This document shows positions 26,401 through 40,584 of a stretch of DNA of 64,000 nucleotides, one piece after another. The stretch comes from Lytechinus pictus (lineage: Eukaryota). The notes below the pieces were generated by a model that was not told where the DNA came from, did not search any database, and was given only the letters and a program-made list of their open reading frames with translations. The position numbers were made by a program, and so were the translations under genes. The stretch's first letter is position 1. The number at the start of each line of letters is the position of its first letter. The DNA lies in the NCBI RefSeq assembly GCF_037042905.1, contig NC_087245.1:37698001-37762000 (forward strand), written 5' to 3'.

Positions 26401-27287
26401 TGGAAGGCCAGCAACGCCAGCATCCACAATGCCTGTACCTTCAAAATATTTTCTGATATGATTCTTAATCATACATTCATTGTTGAAAATTGGATGTGTC
26501 TCTCTTTGTTTACAATAACGACATTGTGCAAATTTCCTGTGGCAAAAATCGTGACGATAATGGATTTCCATATACACCTGTAGTTGAGGTAATTCTTTGT
26601 AAGATGGGGCCTAGAAATGTGTCAGCACCAATGACAATAGTAACACACAACAAATTATTGATTACTTTCTACGAGGCTTTGGAGTCTTCATTAATGTTTC
26701 TTTAATAATTCAAGCATTCTCATCATTAATGTTTTGTTTTTGTTTTGTGATGTTTTGTAGCGCAATTTACTTTCAAAGTATTCATGAACCGATCGAAAAT
26801 GATTGAATTGTAAATAAAAGCTATCATGTAGAGACCTTGGTTATGCATTGGTTATTGTGTATTTTTATTCGTTTTCCACCACCACAGCATGTGAAATATT
26901 AAAGGTAAGCTCTGCTACTGGGAACAGCGGAAAATAAAATGTTCACAGAATTGAACAAAACTTTCACAGAATTATAAAAAATTATTTTTAAAAATATATC
27001 TGCCAGAGAGTATGATTACAGAGAAATGTGCAAAATGAAGATCAGAAATATGATTGAAAAAGGCTTGTCCAATCCATTTATAGAGGATTCATGGAGTTTT
27101 TAAGGTTCCATGACATTTATTTGCTCTAGCGATAATCCACACACAAATCGAAAGACTAACTTCAACCCTACCGTAAACATAACCCTAAACCTAACATAAA
27201 ACCCTTTTGCAACCCTTGCCCTACATCTAAGACGTAAATAAGCAATTGTCACAAGAGCAAAAGTCTTGTCGGCAGTTTTCACTCATA

Positions 27288-27585
27288 GGCCCGTATTCTG
27301 AAGTCGGGTTTAAGTTAGACCACGGTCTAACTCTGCTAAAATTATGGGAAGCCAAGAGTTCAAGTTCAAAAATTTAGTTTATACTGTATATTTCTTAGGT
27401 TTACTTTTTTGTTTCCTTTTGCTTTCATAATGAAGAAAAATACTTCAGTTATCATTCCCAGGCAATCATGAACAATTTGGATGTCATGTGAGTTAATTAG
27501 GGATTTGTGCTCCAATTGGCTCTCCATAGTTAAGCCACAACTTTAAACCAGGGTTTGATTTAAACCAGAGTTCAGAATACGGGCC
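27288..27585. mobile_element. PIF/Harbinger-like MITE
   Basis: TIR ggcccgtattctgaa; 3-bp TSD ata. Confidence 0.85.
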
Positions 27586-28600
27586 ATAGGGAAGAAGGGT
27601 TAATATTCAGTGTACATGTACAATGGAGCTCAAAGGTTAGTGAACCCCACCAGAAAATTAACATATTTCAAATGTTTGAGTTTTGTCATATTTTTCAAGA
27701 TTCATTTGTGAAGTTGGGTAAATGAATAAATAATAATTTCATTAAATAAATTCGTTTCTCTGGACTTGCCGAACATTGAAGTGTTGTTGTCTACATTCAA
27801 CACTCAGCATGACAGGGTATTTTGTGGTGGGGTTCACTAACTTGTGAGCACAACTGTACATTATATACTGCAAGCTAATGGCTATTGAAAGTGTATCAAT
27901 GACTTAAAATACAGCAAACTTAATTCAATCTGATGAGAATGGTGACTTGAACCTCTTTCACACTAGTCACCCAAACATGTTCTTGTTTATATTGCACCTC
28001 AATGAAGTCTTCAATTTATTTTTTATTTCATGCCAATCCATTTGGAGCTACTTTACACAAAACTATGTGATTGATCATAGGGCTAATTTTCTATGAATGG
28101 TCGCATTGATCATCAATTAGGGAATGAACTAAATGATCAATGACTGCTTTGTATCACAGGGTCAAATAAAAGTTAATAATTTAATTATGGCAGAATATAT
28201 ACAAAAGTCAAGTTTTATGAAGTTTGACATTTTTATATGAATAAATCCATGAATGATTGAACAAATCATAATATAACACACAGCTGCAACACAAAAAAAT
28301 GTTTCCAGTTTCAAAGTCATTTATTCACTCCAATCTGTAGATAAGAAAATCAGAATCAGAATATACATTTTGACAGAAATATGTTTTTAAAAATAGTTTT
28401 TTTGCCTTGAACACTCTTACGACAGTATACTAGAATGTTAACAAAAGGCCAAGTCCAGCCCAACAAAGTTTAATAGCATGTTTTTAGTATTTTTGTCTGA
28501 TAATAGGTAAGGAGGACAATGCAGAGAAACTTGACAGTATTAATTTTCCTACAAGTACATATTCTTCTTGTGCATGTCACATCTTTTGCCATGAGATCTT

Positions 28601-29105
28601 CAGGGAGCGTTTCATGAAAGGACTTGATCTGACAAGTCCTGGGGAGCATTTCATGAAAGGACTTGATCTGACAAGTCCTGGGGAGCGTTTCATGAAAGGA
28701 CTTGTCGGACGTTTTATCTGGGGAGCGTTTCATGAAAGGACTTGTCGGACGTTTTATCCGACAAGTCCTGTTTTATCCGACAGTTACTATAGTAACAGTG
28801 CTTCTCAACCAATCAGAATCCAGGAAAGTTGTCAGATCTGACAACTTGTCGGACGAAAATATTGATGAAACGCCCCCCTGACAAGTCCCATTTGATCCGA
28901 CAGTTACTATAGTAATAGTGCCTCTCAGCCAATCAGAATCAAGGAAAGATGTCAGATCTGACTTGTCAGACAAAAATGTTGATGAAACACTCCCCTGTTT
29001 TATCTGACAGTTACCATAGTAACAGTGCTTCTCAGCCAATCAGAATCAAGGAAAGTTGTCAGATCTGACAACTTGTCGGGTGAAAATGTTGATGAAATGT
29101 TCCCC
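28601..29105. repeat. MITE with tandemly amplified termini
   Basis: Four 39-40 bp gggagcgtttcatgaaaggacttg units followed by three ~115-bp units ending gatgaaacgccccc-like. Confidence 0.8.
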
Positions 29106-29981
29106 ACTGCTACACTGTGCCTCGATCTTAGTTTAATGGAGGTGGTCTGACAGAAATCGAGATAAATTTACTTTAAAAATTAAAAGCAATTCATTTCCAG
29201 ATATCTATAACTGAAATAGTGTCGCCAACGATTTCCATTGAAGAAACGGTAAATAACATTTGGTCCAAAAACAGATACAATATATACATGAGAAAAAATA
29301 ACAACAGTGAAATACATAAGAAAAAAATTGATATTGCCATTTTTTTCAATGTACATTTGATAAGAGTCTTATAAATGTTGCTCAGGCCAAAATTGAAATT
29401 TAGCAGTTTTAGAGCAATATTTAAAGATTTACATTTGAATTATGATTTTATGCATTAATTTGCATGAATTTTGAAAAAAATTTGAAGTTTGGTACAGTAA
29501 ATGCCAGTATCCAATTTTGTAGATTACTTCATGGGTGAGGTGTGATGGGGAGGGGCCAAAAAGCCCTAAAAAGGCAAAAGCCCCCCCCCCCCCCCTGCAA
29601 GCTATGCAATTTCAACTAGCCCGGTCTATACTTGGTTAAATTACAAGATTCTGGGTTCAAATCTCTGCCGCACCTGTAACAACCTTTCGCAAGTCTTCAA
29701 TCTACATTTACTACGCGCAACCTACGAGGGGTAAAGCAGTATCTGGCAAGAATAAATTCCTTGAAATGTTGTGCCCTGAAAAAAGGCTTGTCAGCTAAAA
29801 GCAAGCTTGATGATATCCAAAGTCCTATGCAAGCATATCAAGATGTTACATCCCGTTCCCACTGTCTTATGATCTGTTACAAACGCCACAACTGTTTTAC
29901 GTAGCTGATCGCGCAAATTTTTTAACCATTCACAAATTTTCTATGATCAATAAGATCGCCCGGCTGATCTTATACGATCTG

Positions 29982-30194
29982 GGGGGTGTTTCACAAAGAT
30001 TTAAGTATGACTCAGAGTCACACTTAAATACCGAGTTGTGTACGGTATGAAAGGCTTGTCCGCATTGGTCAGATCGTGTCATGAGGATGCGCACTACTGC
30101 GTATCTATCAATAAGATCGCGTGTTGCATATCGTGTACGCGTCGGCATTGAATGTGCGACTTAAGTCATACTTAAATCTTTGTGAAACACCCCC
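29982..30194. mobile_element. Harbinger-like MITE
   Basis: TIR ggggtgtttcacaaagatttaagtatgact; 3-bp TSD ctg. Confidence 0.8.
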
Positions 30195-30460
30195 CTGATA
30201 TGATATCATACTATCACTATGATATGATATCACACTATCACTAAGATTACTCCACGATTTAGACCACGGTTTCAATCGTGGCGCGAATCGTGAAAGTGGG
30301 AACTAGGTATCAGATGATAACTTTGATATGCACTACAAGAATGGAATGTTATCATTAAATGGTTGTAGTCAGCAAATATCTCAATTTACATTGTCATCAA
30401 ATTTGTAAATCCCTATGCTGTCTGTACTGCTATCAGCAATGATGAAGCAAGACGGTACTG

Positions 30461-33400
30461 TTATCTTCTTGCAAAGTTCTTGTCCAAGGCTGCATTGGTT
30501 CGCTGGATGCTGAAAACATTCCTCTTGATCTGATCTTCCACGGAGCTGTTGCTAGGTAACCGCATTGTCCTGTAAACAAAAACACCATGGTATTAAATTC
30601 ATTTAATATCATTTATTCCCAATTCTTGTCATAAAAATACATACAACAGGGAAGCATAAAATACAATATAAAAACAATAGAAAGAATCGGCAGGGGTCAT
30701 TGACCTTTCAAAGGTTGGGCTCAATAATCGATTATACAAAGCAAAGGAGAGAGTGGGGGAAAGCAGTTCATGAGAAATAATACAAATTAAATGAATGCAT
30801 ATATTTTTTAATAATATCATTACATGATGTTCATATTTATTTATTTCAAATTAACCAACACTATACCTGTCTCATTCATAGTTAACAATGAAATCTGTGA
30901 CCTCTAAATCAAAGAATGCTATTGTGAAATTATTCAAATTTTCAACAGTGTTTATTTACATCAGAGCGATGTCTCTAAAGGTCTTATACGTGCAACAAAC
31001 GATGTATGTTTTATCTGATTGGACCTGTGACTTCAGAACTGAAAATTTCCATGAAAGATAAAGGGAATTTGAAACGATTCACTTTGAGTATCCACTTTAG
31101 TAGACATGTAATCCATTACGCAAAAGTGGAAATAAGCCAACTAGTTAACTCAAAACAATTACAAATCAAAATATACATACTCTAGAAATTTGGCATCTTT
31201 GGTCTTCTTTTTCTCCATTTCTGTCTCTGCTCTCTCTTCAGCCTGGATGAGATAAACAAATATATAATTTATTTTCCACTGATTTTTTATTGCACACAGT
31301 GCCTGAGTTGACTTCACGAAGTCCAAAAAATTGTCTCAGTCACTGTCAACTTCAAATCCATTGTTTTATTGTTTTTTCACTCATGAAATTCTAATTCCTT
31401 CCACCTCAAAGCTACTTTTGCAATCCTATTTATTCAACTGAGGTAGAAATGTTTATGATCTAAGGATTATTTACTACAGAAGATGACTACCAATGTCAAC
31501 AAATGACTATTAGTGTCATATATGGGCAAAATGAATCCCGACATGTTAAAACTGAATTGAATTTGCATTTGCAATGCAGAGTTCCAAGACAGAATGACTG
31601 CATTTCAAGTAAAGTCATGGCAACTTTTAACCATATAATTGAGACAAGTGTTGAAAGCAAAAATATTGATCGGACCTTTGTTTTAGATGGAGTAGGATGG
31701 AGTAATACTTCGTTGTTGTGCTTCATCAGCAATTATATATGGCATCTACGACAAAGTTCTGAATAAACTTGCAGTCTCGCAAATGAAAGCTTACCAAAAC
31801 AGGTAAAACTTCATGATTGTGAAAAAAACAAAACATTTTCTTTATGTCATCATGGCAGCCAGATGAAACTTTTAATTGATTCAATTCTCAGTATTATCTA
31901 TTACCATCTAAAATCTGTGTAGCCTACTATACATTTATTCAGCCATACGTGAATTAAAGAATAGTTTTACGAAAGTACAAGGAAAAGAAATGAAACTTAC
32001 ATTATATCGAGACACTCTGTCTTTTCTCTGTTCATCTCTCCATTTAGCATTGTCCATCATTTCAGCTCGACGTCGTTCCAGCTCCTCGGCATCCATTTTC
32101 CTACCAAACACAAATAAATGTAGTGAGGAGATGTAACACTTTTAACTAGCGGAAAAACATCTACCAAACATTTATCTATCAAATCAAATGACCTCATCAT
32201 TCAATAATAATTATGATTATACTTGCTTTTATAGTGCTTAACACTTACTCATCAGAAGTCTCTGATCGCTCTCTAGTAATGCAGCATAATTACCCTGGCT
32301 TTTAATAGCAGAGCAGCTGTTAGTTACGTGCGCTGCATTTCAAGGAATATATTCCCCCCAGGTACCCATTGACCTCACCTGGGTTGTGTGCTGCACAATA
32401 CGGATAATTTTTCTGCTGAAGGAAAACACCCCATGGCTAGGAATCGAACTTTTTTCCTCAGAATGAAAGACAAGAGTCATAACCACTAGACCATGATGCC
32501 CCACTAATGCTTATAATCCTGTTTGTCCAATTCTCAAACTTTCTTTGATCTTAATCTTTAATTTTTCTGTTTTCATAGTTCTAAGCTAACTTGTTCCAAG
32601 GGTTTTTAGTCTGTTTTTAAGGGTTTGTGCCATCCAGATTCAAGTTGCTTCCTATTGATGCACAATGCTTAATACAACTCATCTGATGCTATTCAAGTAT
32701 ACTGATAATATGTAACATTTATATAGCACTTAATACAGTGTTTCTATCAAAAGCGCTGCAAACTATTACCCTTGCTTTAACATGGCTACCCAGATCAGGC
32801 ACACCGAGCATTCAAGGAATTTCTTCCTACCGGGTATCCCATTTACTACATCTGGGAGGAGGGTGGCAAATGTAGAAGACACAGGGTTCTGCATTGGGAC
32901 TTGAAACCCAGACCTCGGGATTCAAAGTCTGGAGCCTTATCCACTGAACCACAACACCTCTACATGAAGTATTCAAATGTGTTTTGTATATTTAGCAATA
33001 TGTATCAATATGAATCAATTGGGATGACATGGGCCCTTTAAATATAAGAACACTAATAACTATATACAGAAATTTGTTGGCTTACTTTGGTTTACGTTGT
33101 TTGATAGGTGACCTTGACCGTGACCTCCGACCTCTGTCCCTATCACCGTGTCTGGGATGCTTGGAGGGGGTATGGTCACTCTCACTGCTACTCTCTCTAT
33201 GCCTTCTTGGCGCCTTGTGGCCCCCCTGTAAGTACATAAAATAGAATCATATTCGATGAACAAAGAAAAAATATGTACTGCACTTTTCCCAAAGTGGCCC
33301 AAAGCGCTTACAACAAGAAAGAGCATAAAATGAAATCTGCAATTCTAAAACTATAGATTGAGAATACAGGCCAAAAAAATACATTCGTACCCGGGTTACC

Positions 33401-36400
33401 ATTCAGATATGTGTATGTGTAGTAGGTTTCACGGTACACACTGTATCTTTCTTGGGCAAGTGTTGGTCCTGAAAAGGACCACCCAGAGGCAAATCAGGAC
33501 CACCCAGAGATTGGGTGGTCCTTTTCAGGACCAACACTTGCCCAAGAAAGATACATGGTGTACCATGAAACCTACTACACTATTCTCCTTCACCATGGAA
33601 ACCTTCAGAAGTTACGCTATGTGTATGGTTTACATAGGTTTACATAAATGTGTATTCAATATGTTTGGTCTAGTTAATACTCACAATCAGTCCATAACCG
33701 GGAGGGATTTTCTTTTTGTGTTCATCAAGACGAGATGAAGAGCTTTTCTTTGTTCTTACATCATCTGATTCACCACTGGAGTCCCTTCTTCTTCTGCCCT
33801 TCCTCTCTTCCTTCCTTCTTTCTATCCTCCGATCCAGCTCTGAATCCCTATCATGAAGGTCTCTCCTATCCTTATTCTTCCTATCATTTTTCCTTCTATC
33901 TCTCCTGCTCTCTTGCTCTGAATCACTGCCATGAAAGTTCATTCTTTCCTGGTTACTCCTCTCCTTTTTCCTTCTATCTCCTTTCCTTTCTTCTTCCGCA
34001 TCACTATCATTAAAGTTTCTTCGTTCATGGTTCCTTTCCTCTCTCCTCCTTCTCTCTTTCCTTCGTTCATGTTCCGAATCACTAACATCAAAATGTCTCT
34101 TTTCTTTGCTCCTCTTGGATTCCTTCCTTCTATCTCTCCTTGGTTCATCTGATGATTCACTAGAGTCTCTCCTTCTATCCATCTTTTTCTTCTTCTTCCT
34201 TCTGATATGTTCTATTTCAGAATCACTCTCGCTTTCACTGTCGGTGGATGACTGTCTCCTTGATTTCTTGTGTTTCTTTGGTGCCTTGCTCTTCTTACTT
34301 TTCTTGGACATTTCCTTGGCACCTACTTGCGCTTTTAACTAGAGAAAAAATGACATAAAAGAATTAAACAAATAAAGAGAAAACACAAAAGAAAAGACAG
34401 AACAGAATCTAAGAAAATCAGGAGAAATTAAAAATCAAGAAAATAAATACAAAAAGATGGAAAGAGTGTACAAAGATATCTTTAATTTCATAAAATGACT
34501 ACATTATGTGATGGAAAAAAATAGATGAAAAAAAAAGAATGTGTCTAAATACACTTATTCTGATCAATACCTTACATTAGTATGCATTTAATGTTTCATA
34601 CTCATAAAAAAAATATAATAAATTCAAGCTTTACACTGAGACTCTCTGTCACTTAATAAAATCTCTCATGAAGTCAACACAAAGAATAGCATTTTCTGGA
34701 AATGTCATCCCATAAAAAAAAGAAGCAGCACTAAATGAATCTCCTCATATGATTCCATCCCAACTCATCTGTAAGCTACTACACCCCTAAACCAAAACAA
34801 ACCTCAAAAGACATTGTTTACTCACCATTTGTTGGAGTTGCTTCATTCTAATGGGGTTATTCATAAGAGCTTTCTTGTGACTTATTTCTTGTTTTCTAAA
34901 AGAGACAATAACATTGGAAAAAAAAATCATAAACAGAATTGCCAGTACGGTGGTTTATATCTAACTCAGACCTGTTTCATAAAGACTTGTCATGATAATA
35001 AATGCACAATTTTTATAGCCAATTTACTATCAGCAAATCAAATTGAATGATTGCATTCATATCTGTCCGGGTGGGTGTTTCATAAAGCTATTGGTAAGTT
35101 AAAAGCTACTTTAAGAACAACTGGTGAACCTTTCTTACGCACTAACTAATCGCCAATGAATATCATTTACCACAGGAAAGGATCACCAGTCGCTCTTAAC
35201 TCACAAACAGCTTTATGAAACATCCACCAGGAATGATGACCAACTATCCTTTCCACCATTAAAGCATGGGGAAAGAAGAAAGTAAACATCAGAAACAAAA
35301 AATGTAAACAAAGATTTGACGTTTTTAGCTTGCCATAAGTTTAGCACAGAGTTAAACCAATGGCCTCAGTTAATCCGGACATCTGAATAAGGGGCATGAA
35401 ATTTAACTGGAATACGGCTACATAAAAACTGGCAATTAGGAGAATCTTAGATGTATCCTCCCATCATATCTACAAAATTCTGGACCGCGTCTTACAACAA
35501 AGAATTGCGATTGATCCAATCAACTACAACTGTGCAAAGCCAGCAATGTCATCATCTAAAAAGCATGTCTGTTCAAAATATTTTCTGGATATGATGTCCA
35601 TTCATAAATTTATAGTTTTGTTAAAAATTCAGTGTGCTTATCTTTCTCTCTATATAAGACATTGTGCAAATTTCCTGAGGAAAAAATTATGACATTGATG
35701 GATGTCCATATACTTGAGGTTGATCGGATCAATCGTAGCTCTTTGTAAGACAGGGCCCAGATGATATAACTTACTTGATAGCAAAGAGAGGATCCTCCTT
35801 CACTTTAGCAGCCATATCTACAATAAGACCTGACCCTCCGCCACTAGCTGCTTCTTTGGCCTAAAGAAAACAACAACCCACCAAGGTATGACAAAAAAAT
35901 ATGAAAATACATTTTAATCACAGTGATTTCCATAATGAAAATAACTTAACCTGGGGCCCATAACACATAGCTTAGCAATCATCATACATTGTTTTCTAAG
36001 ATTGATTGCAGTGACTAAAATGTACAATCAATCATGAAGATGAAGTGTACGATTAATCACTAACCTTTGTGTTACCGGACCCTGGATCTACCTCATCATC
36101 ATTCATCACGGTGGTTGATCGGAACTGTCACCCCCCCCCCCCCCCCCCCCCCGAGATATCTTGCTGGGAGAAAAGTACAAACTGGCATGCACATCACCTA
36201 CATGTATGCTGTAATCTATGAAGATGTGTGTAAAAGCTCAGGTCATATACCAGATAATGAATAGTTTCAATATCATTTATGAAATATTAACGCTAATTTG
36301 CAAAAGTAAGTCATAAACATACTCTATTCCATCAAAAGAAGTTTAATCACTGGATAAAAAAAATCAAAATCTGTATTGGGGCTATTTTCTGAATTTTCTG

Positions 36401-39400
36401 ACGGTTCATTTCAAGTTCACATGAAACCAAATACCAATTTACAGAGATCCCTTTGCAACTTACAAAAGCTATATTTTTTTTTACATATTGGGGCGAAGCA
36501 TCAACAGCCCCCATGTCTCATTTACCTGAATACAGTCTGAACCTTTTTGCCTGTCTGAAAAAAAACAACCCAGCACCGATTTACATGAAATTGTTTTGAT
36601 CCTACTCACCTTTGTTTGCTGGTGTTCCACGATGGCTTTATCGACTTTCTTACCCATCAAATAGTCTTCTTCGTTAACTTTGGGCTGGTTGTACATCCAA
36701 TCAACTCGATCTTTCTTCTTCCTACAGCGTGAGAGACCAAAACAAATCATCAGCAACCACAGTTCATGCATATTAAAATAATTCATGCTCTGATGTTAGC
36801 AAGTATTTTCATAAATCATAGAGATGTACATGTATTGCATTTAATAAATAAATACTGTTCTTTAACTGGTTCCGTAATGTAAAAAAAAATGTCATTGAAA
36901 TCTATGAACCTATTCAACATTCCTAACAGTTCTTCAGACAGGTTGCCCAGATTAAAAGGATTTGTCAAGATAAACAAACATCTTTGAAGTTTGTCCTCGC
37001 TTGGACGGACTTTCGTCATTCTGGATCTTTAGGAAATGATCAAAAGTGTTGTCAATATACTAGGCAATGTGAAACAATGGTCTAATAGTCTAGCAGCTAA
37101 AATAATGCATTTCTGTGTATTATAATTCCGACAGAAGCACTTCCAATCTTCCTGTGTGAATTGTTCTTGGTTGGAGAGTCCATGTTATTCAAAAGACTAT
37201 GAACGAAATAACTCACTTCAAAGTCCCACTGTCCTCCCCGCGTTTCTTCATCTCTTCAAGATCTCTCTCTTCTTGCAACTGTCTCTTGAGTTCGACCATC
37301 TTCTGGCGTTCCTTCTTCTCTTTCATCTCTCTCTTCCACACTTCCTCCTGGTTGTCCAGCCGTTGAGGATGCCATGATTTCTTCATATTCTTAAGAGAAA
37401 AACAAAACAAAGCATCATTATGCAATTTTCATGGGTTAATGTCCACAACAAAGGGGGTCTTAAACATGTTTAGAGTAAAGCACCCTACATGCATGTGCAT
37501 AGATTTGACAGTCCATCTTGTTTTCACAAGCAAGCTCATTCAACCACCACAACACACACCAAACTCAATGAAGTACACAGAGGCATTTTCATTGTCAAAA
37601 GATATTAGTCAATTTCATTTAAAATATGACATCATAAAAAGTGACACAATATATTATAACATAACTTTCTTAAAGGGGAATGAAACCTTTGGAATAAGTA
37701 GGCTTGTGTCGAAACAGAAAAATCAAAGAAACAGATCAAAGTTTTAGAAAAATCGGAGAAACAATGAGAAAGTTATGAGCATTTGAATATTGCAATCACT
37801 AATGCTATGGAGATCCTCCCATTGGCAATGCGACAAGGATGTGTGATGTCACATGTGAACAACTTTCCCTTTGATGGACTATAAAATACACCCAAAATGT
37901 CTCTTTATGCTTTTTCTTATAGTGATGCAAACTCTTTATCCATGATGTATTCTTTAAAAATCTGTATTACATGCCCTCCTATAGAAACAACACATGATCT
38001 ACTGATAGATGTGATAAAAGAGGCAATTCAAGGGATATATATACTAAAGTAGAGGGGAAAATTGTTCACAAGTGACATCACACATCTTTGCGAGGATCTC
38101 CATAGCATTAGTGATCGCAATATTCAAATGCTCATAATCTTCTCATTATTTATCCGATTTTTCTCAAACTTTTGTTGATGTGTTTATTTGATTTTTCTGT
38201 TTTTACACAAGCTATATTGTTCTTAAGGTTTCATTCTCCTTTAATGTTTGGACCTCATTGGTTGTGTGTCCGGACGGGTTGGGTGTCCGGACACATGACT
38301 TTTACTCTCAATTTTGAAAAGTTTAAAAGCAATGTCTTTAATTCTTTTTAGCACAGAATATAAGAAAATATTATAAAGAACAAATATTGATGGTGAAAAA
38401 AAACTATTCAACCTATATTTTTGGTTTATTCCTGAGATAAAAACAAGGCTTCATTTCTGTTAATTGTCCGGACACCCAACCCCCCATCCTACTAGTAGGG
38501 TGTCTGAAGCCACACTGAAAAGTGTCAGCATAAAACAGGCTAATTTAGGGGAAAATATGGCACATTTTTGGGGGGAAGTTCAGGCTACTAGAAAAATGTG
38601 ATCTGAATTGATTATTAACTTGTGTTTGGCATGTATGGAAAGAGAAAATTCAGGGGCTTCTTCTGACAGTAAGGACAAGTTTATATGATCATTTTAAATA
38701 AGGATTTAGAGATAAATTGCAAACCCTTATTTTTGTATGTGTTGAAATTGCCATTTCTCCATGCGTTTTCTATGGGAAAATGAAATTTCTGTTTTGCACA
38801 ATTTTTTTCACTTTGTCGCAATTTTTCATTATGATCTGGTTTCCAAATCTTTATAAAAATCATACCATCAGATAGAGCACAGAAATTCCTATTGGACTCT
38901 TTGTGGACAAGTTTTTGGCATTAATAATAAATTTATAACAGCTCTCGGAAGCTAAAAATTTGGATTTGTGTGTGTCCATTTCTTAACTACACAGTCTATG
39001 GCAGAGAAATGCTGAAAATTTACCCAATTTCATTCTTCTTTTTTGCAGCCAATAATTGGATTTTTTTCAAAAATGTGACATTTCTGTCAGTCTGAAGGTC
39101 ATTTCTCTTCAAATTCACAAAGAAAATGTGATATTTTCTTGAAATAAGAAAAATAATTTTTTTCTCCAGACACCCTACTAGGAGTGCAGTGGCAGCTCCC
39201 TAACCCAGGGAGCTCCGGCCGCTTTGCGGGTCGGAGCCCAGGAGTCGTCCGTGTAATACTAGGCAGACATGGGTACTCTCCAAAATGGGGTAGAATGGGC
39301 CTGGGGTCGCAATAGCACTCCAAATAAAAGGGGAAAAAATAAATTATGCACTTACCTCGATTATAATTTATAACTAGGATGAAGGTCTATCGTGACACAG

Positions 39401-40584
39401 AATACTGACATCGATTCGAGGCATAAACTGGTCACTCAAAATAAGTAAAACTTCCGAAAAGTTAGACCTCAAATCTCAATGTCGCTTTCGTTCTTGGTAT
39501 CGATCGGCCATTTTGTTTTCAATTTTGAAAGAACTTTTCCTTTTTTTGAGGGTCCAGATTTGTGCCTCGGATGTCAGGATCACTGTCAGTGTCATGTCAC
39601 GATAGACCTTCATGATTTTCATCCATAATCGAGGCAATAATTTATTTTCCCCCTTTTATTTGGGGTGCTATTGTGACCCCATTCTACCCCATTTTTGGAG
39701 AGTATCCTCTGTCTAAGTAATATTACACGGACGAGTGATCCTGGGCTCCGGCCCGCTCCCTGGCCTGGGCTGGGTTAGCAGCTCCCGTCTTAACCTTTGA
39801 CTTCGTCTTCGTTCGGCGGCGCGGCGCGGCCGCTCTCGATTATTATTTTTTATTACCGGTATGTATGGCAGTGAGTCCAAACTTCGCGCGTGTCCATACT
39901 TCGCGGACGGTCATTATCTAAAAAACTAGCCAATATCCTTAAAATCTGACATCACCAACGTGAAAAGCGACCTAAAATTACCCTTTGGTGTATGTTTCTT
40001 TAGGATGAGTTCAGTATTCATGAAAATATTGGCAAAAGATCGGCAAATTTGTCGCCGTTAGCGCCCGTTTTGAAGAAATCTGATATTCTCAACAAGCATC
40101 ATGATATCACCATTTTGCAAGCATAAATCATCAAAAATGTGAGTTAAATATGGTACTAACCGATTCTATAGCATTTTGCCATCAATCTGATATAAATTTT
40201 CCACTTTTTCAGCTTGAGTTTCTGTTTAAATCTCCACAAAAACTTTGGTCCGCGAAGTTAGGTCACACTTTTTCTGAACGGTTTTCCAGCACAGCGCGCA
40301 TTCGCCGATCGGAATAGAATTTTGAGATCGCGATACCGGCAAAAGCCCTTGACCTACTTCACATTTTCGTCCATGATTTTATACTTTACGATCTTGCCGT
40401 TAATGTGGTAACTATTTCTTGAATTCTTTTTGTATGAATTATGAATATTTTGTGAAAAAAAAATCAGCCTGATGAATATTTTTGTAAAGTGCGCGAAGTT
40501 TGGACACCCCATCATACTACGGTCCCACTTACACAAAATCATGTCACCCACATTACAAAAACTTACCAAATCTCCACCACCCAT
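30461..40584 (-). CDS. CWC25: Pre-mRNA-splicing factor CWC25 homolog, 10 coding exons, 507 aa
   Basis: Minus-strand exons 40584-40567, 37389-37217, 36721-36610, 35860-35775, 34895-34826, 34338-33685, 33225-33086, 32100-32001, 31242-31181, 30569-30461; GT-AG, phases consistent, 1524 nt total. Hallmarks: MGGGDL-NMKKSWHP N-terminus, RVDWMY, EDYLMGK, KEDPLFAIK, NNPIRMKQL, a K/R/D/S-rich middle, GYGL, EELERRRAEMMDNAKWR and the C-terminal SSVEDQIKRNVFSIQRTNAALDKNFARR. Confidence 0.96.
32215..32504 (-). mobile_element. Diverged tRNA-derived SINE copy
   Basis: Shares head and core (ggtacccatt...ctcacctgggtt...ccactagacca) with 648-926; a more decayed relative lies at about 32715-32960. Confidence 0.7.
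33417..33580. repeat. Palindromic element in CWC25 intron 6
   Basis: gtgtagtaggtttca...aaggaccaccca / tgggtggtccttt...tgaaacctactacac, arms about 70 bp. Confidence 0.8.
37674..38240. mobile_element. TTAA-target MITE (Kolobok-like)
   Basis: TTAA|aggggaatgaaacctt ... aaggtttcattctcct|TTAA with long imperfect arms; relatives at about 24090-24570 and 46843-48107. Confidence 0.8.
38493..39180. mobile_element. MITE with tagtagggtgtctg TIR
   Basis: 14-bp inverted ends; an adjacent gggttgggtgtccggaca-ended element lies at about 38276-38482. Confidence 0.6.
39201..39777. mobile_element. Palindromic DNA element, TAACCCA ends, 9-bp TSD (AcademH-like by inference)
   Basis: TSD gcagctccc at 39192-39200 and 39778-39786; long imperfect inverted arms. 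Confidence 0.8.
39859..40520. mobile_element. MITE with gtccaaacttcgcgc inverted ends
   Basis: gtatg...gtccaaacttcgcgc / gcgcgaagtttggac...catac; ends about 45 bp from the CWC25 exon 1 donor. Confidence 0.6.

Noticed and set aside
33670..34311. 213-aa charged ORF as a standalone gene
   Set aside because: It is CWC25 exon 6 (34338-33685); the overlapping ORFs in other frames are low-complexity shadows.
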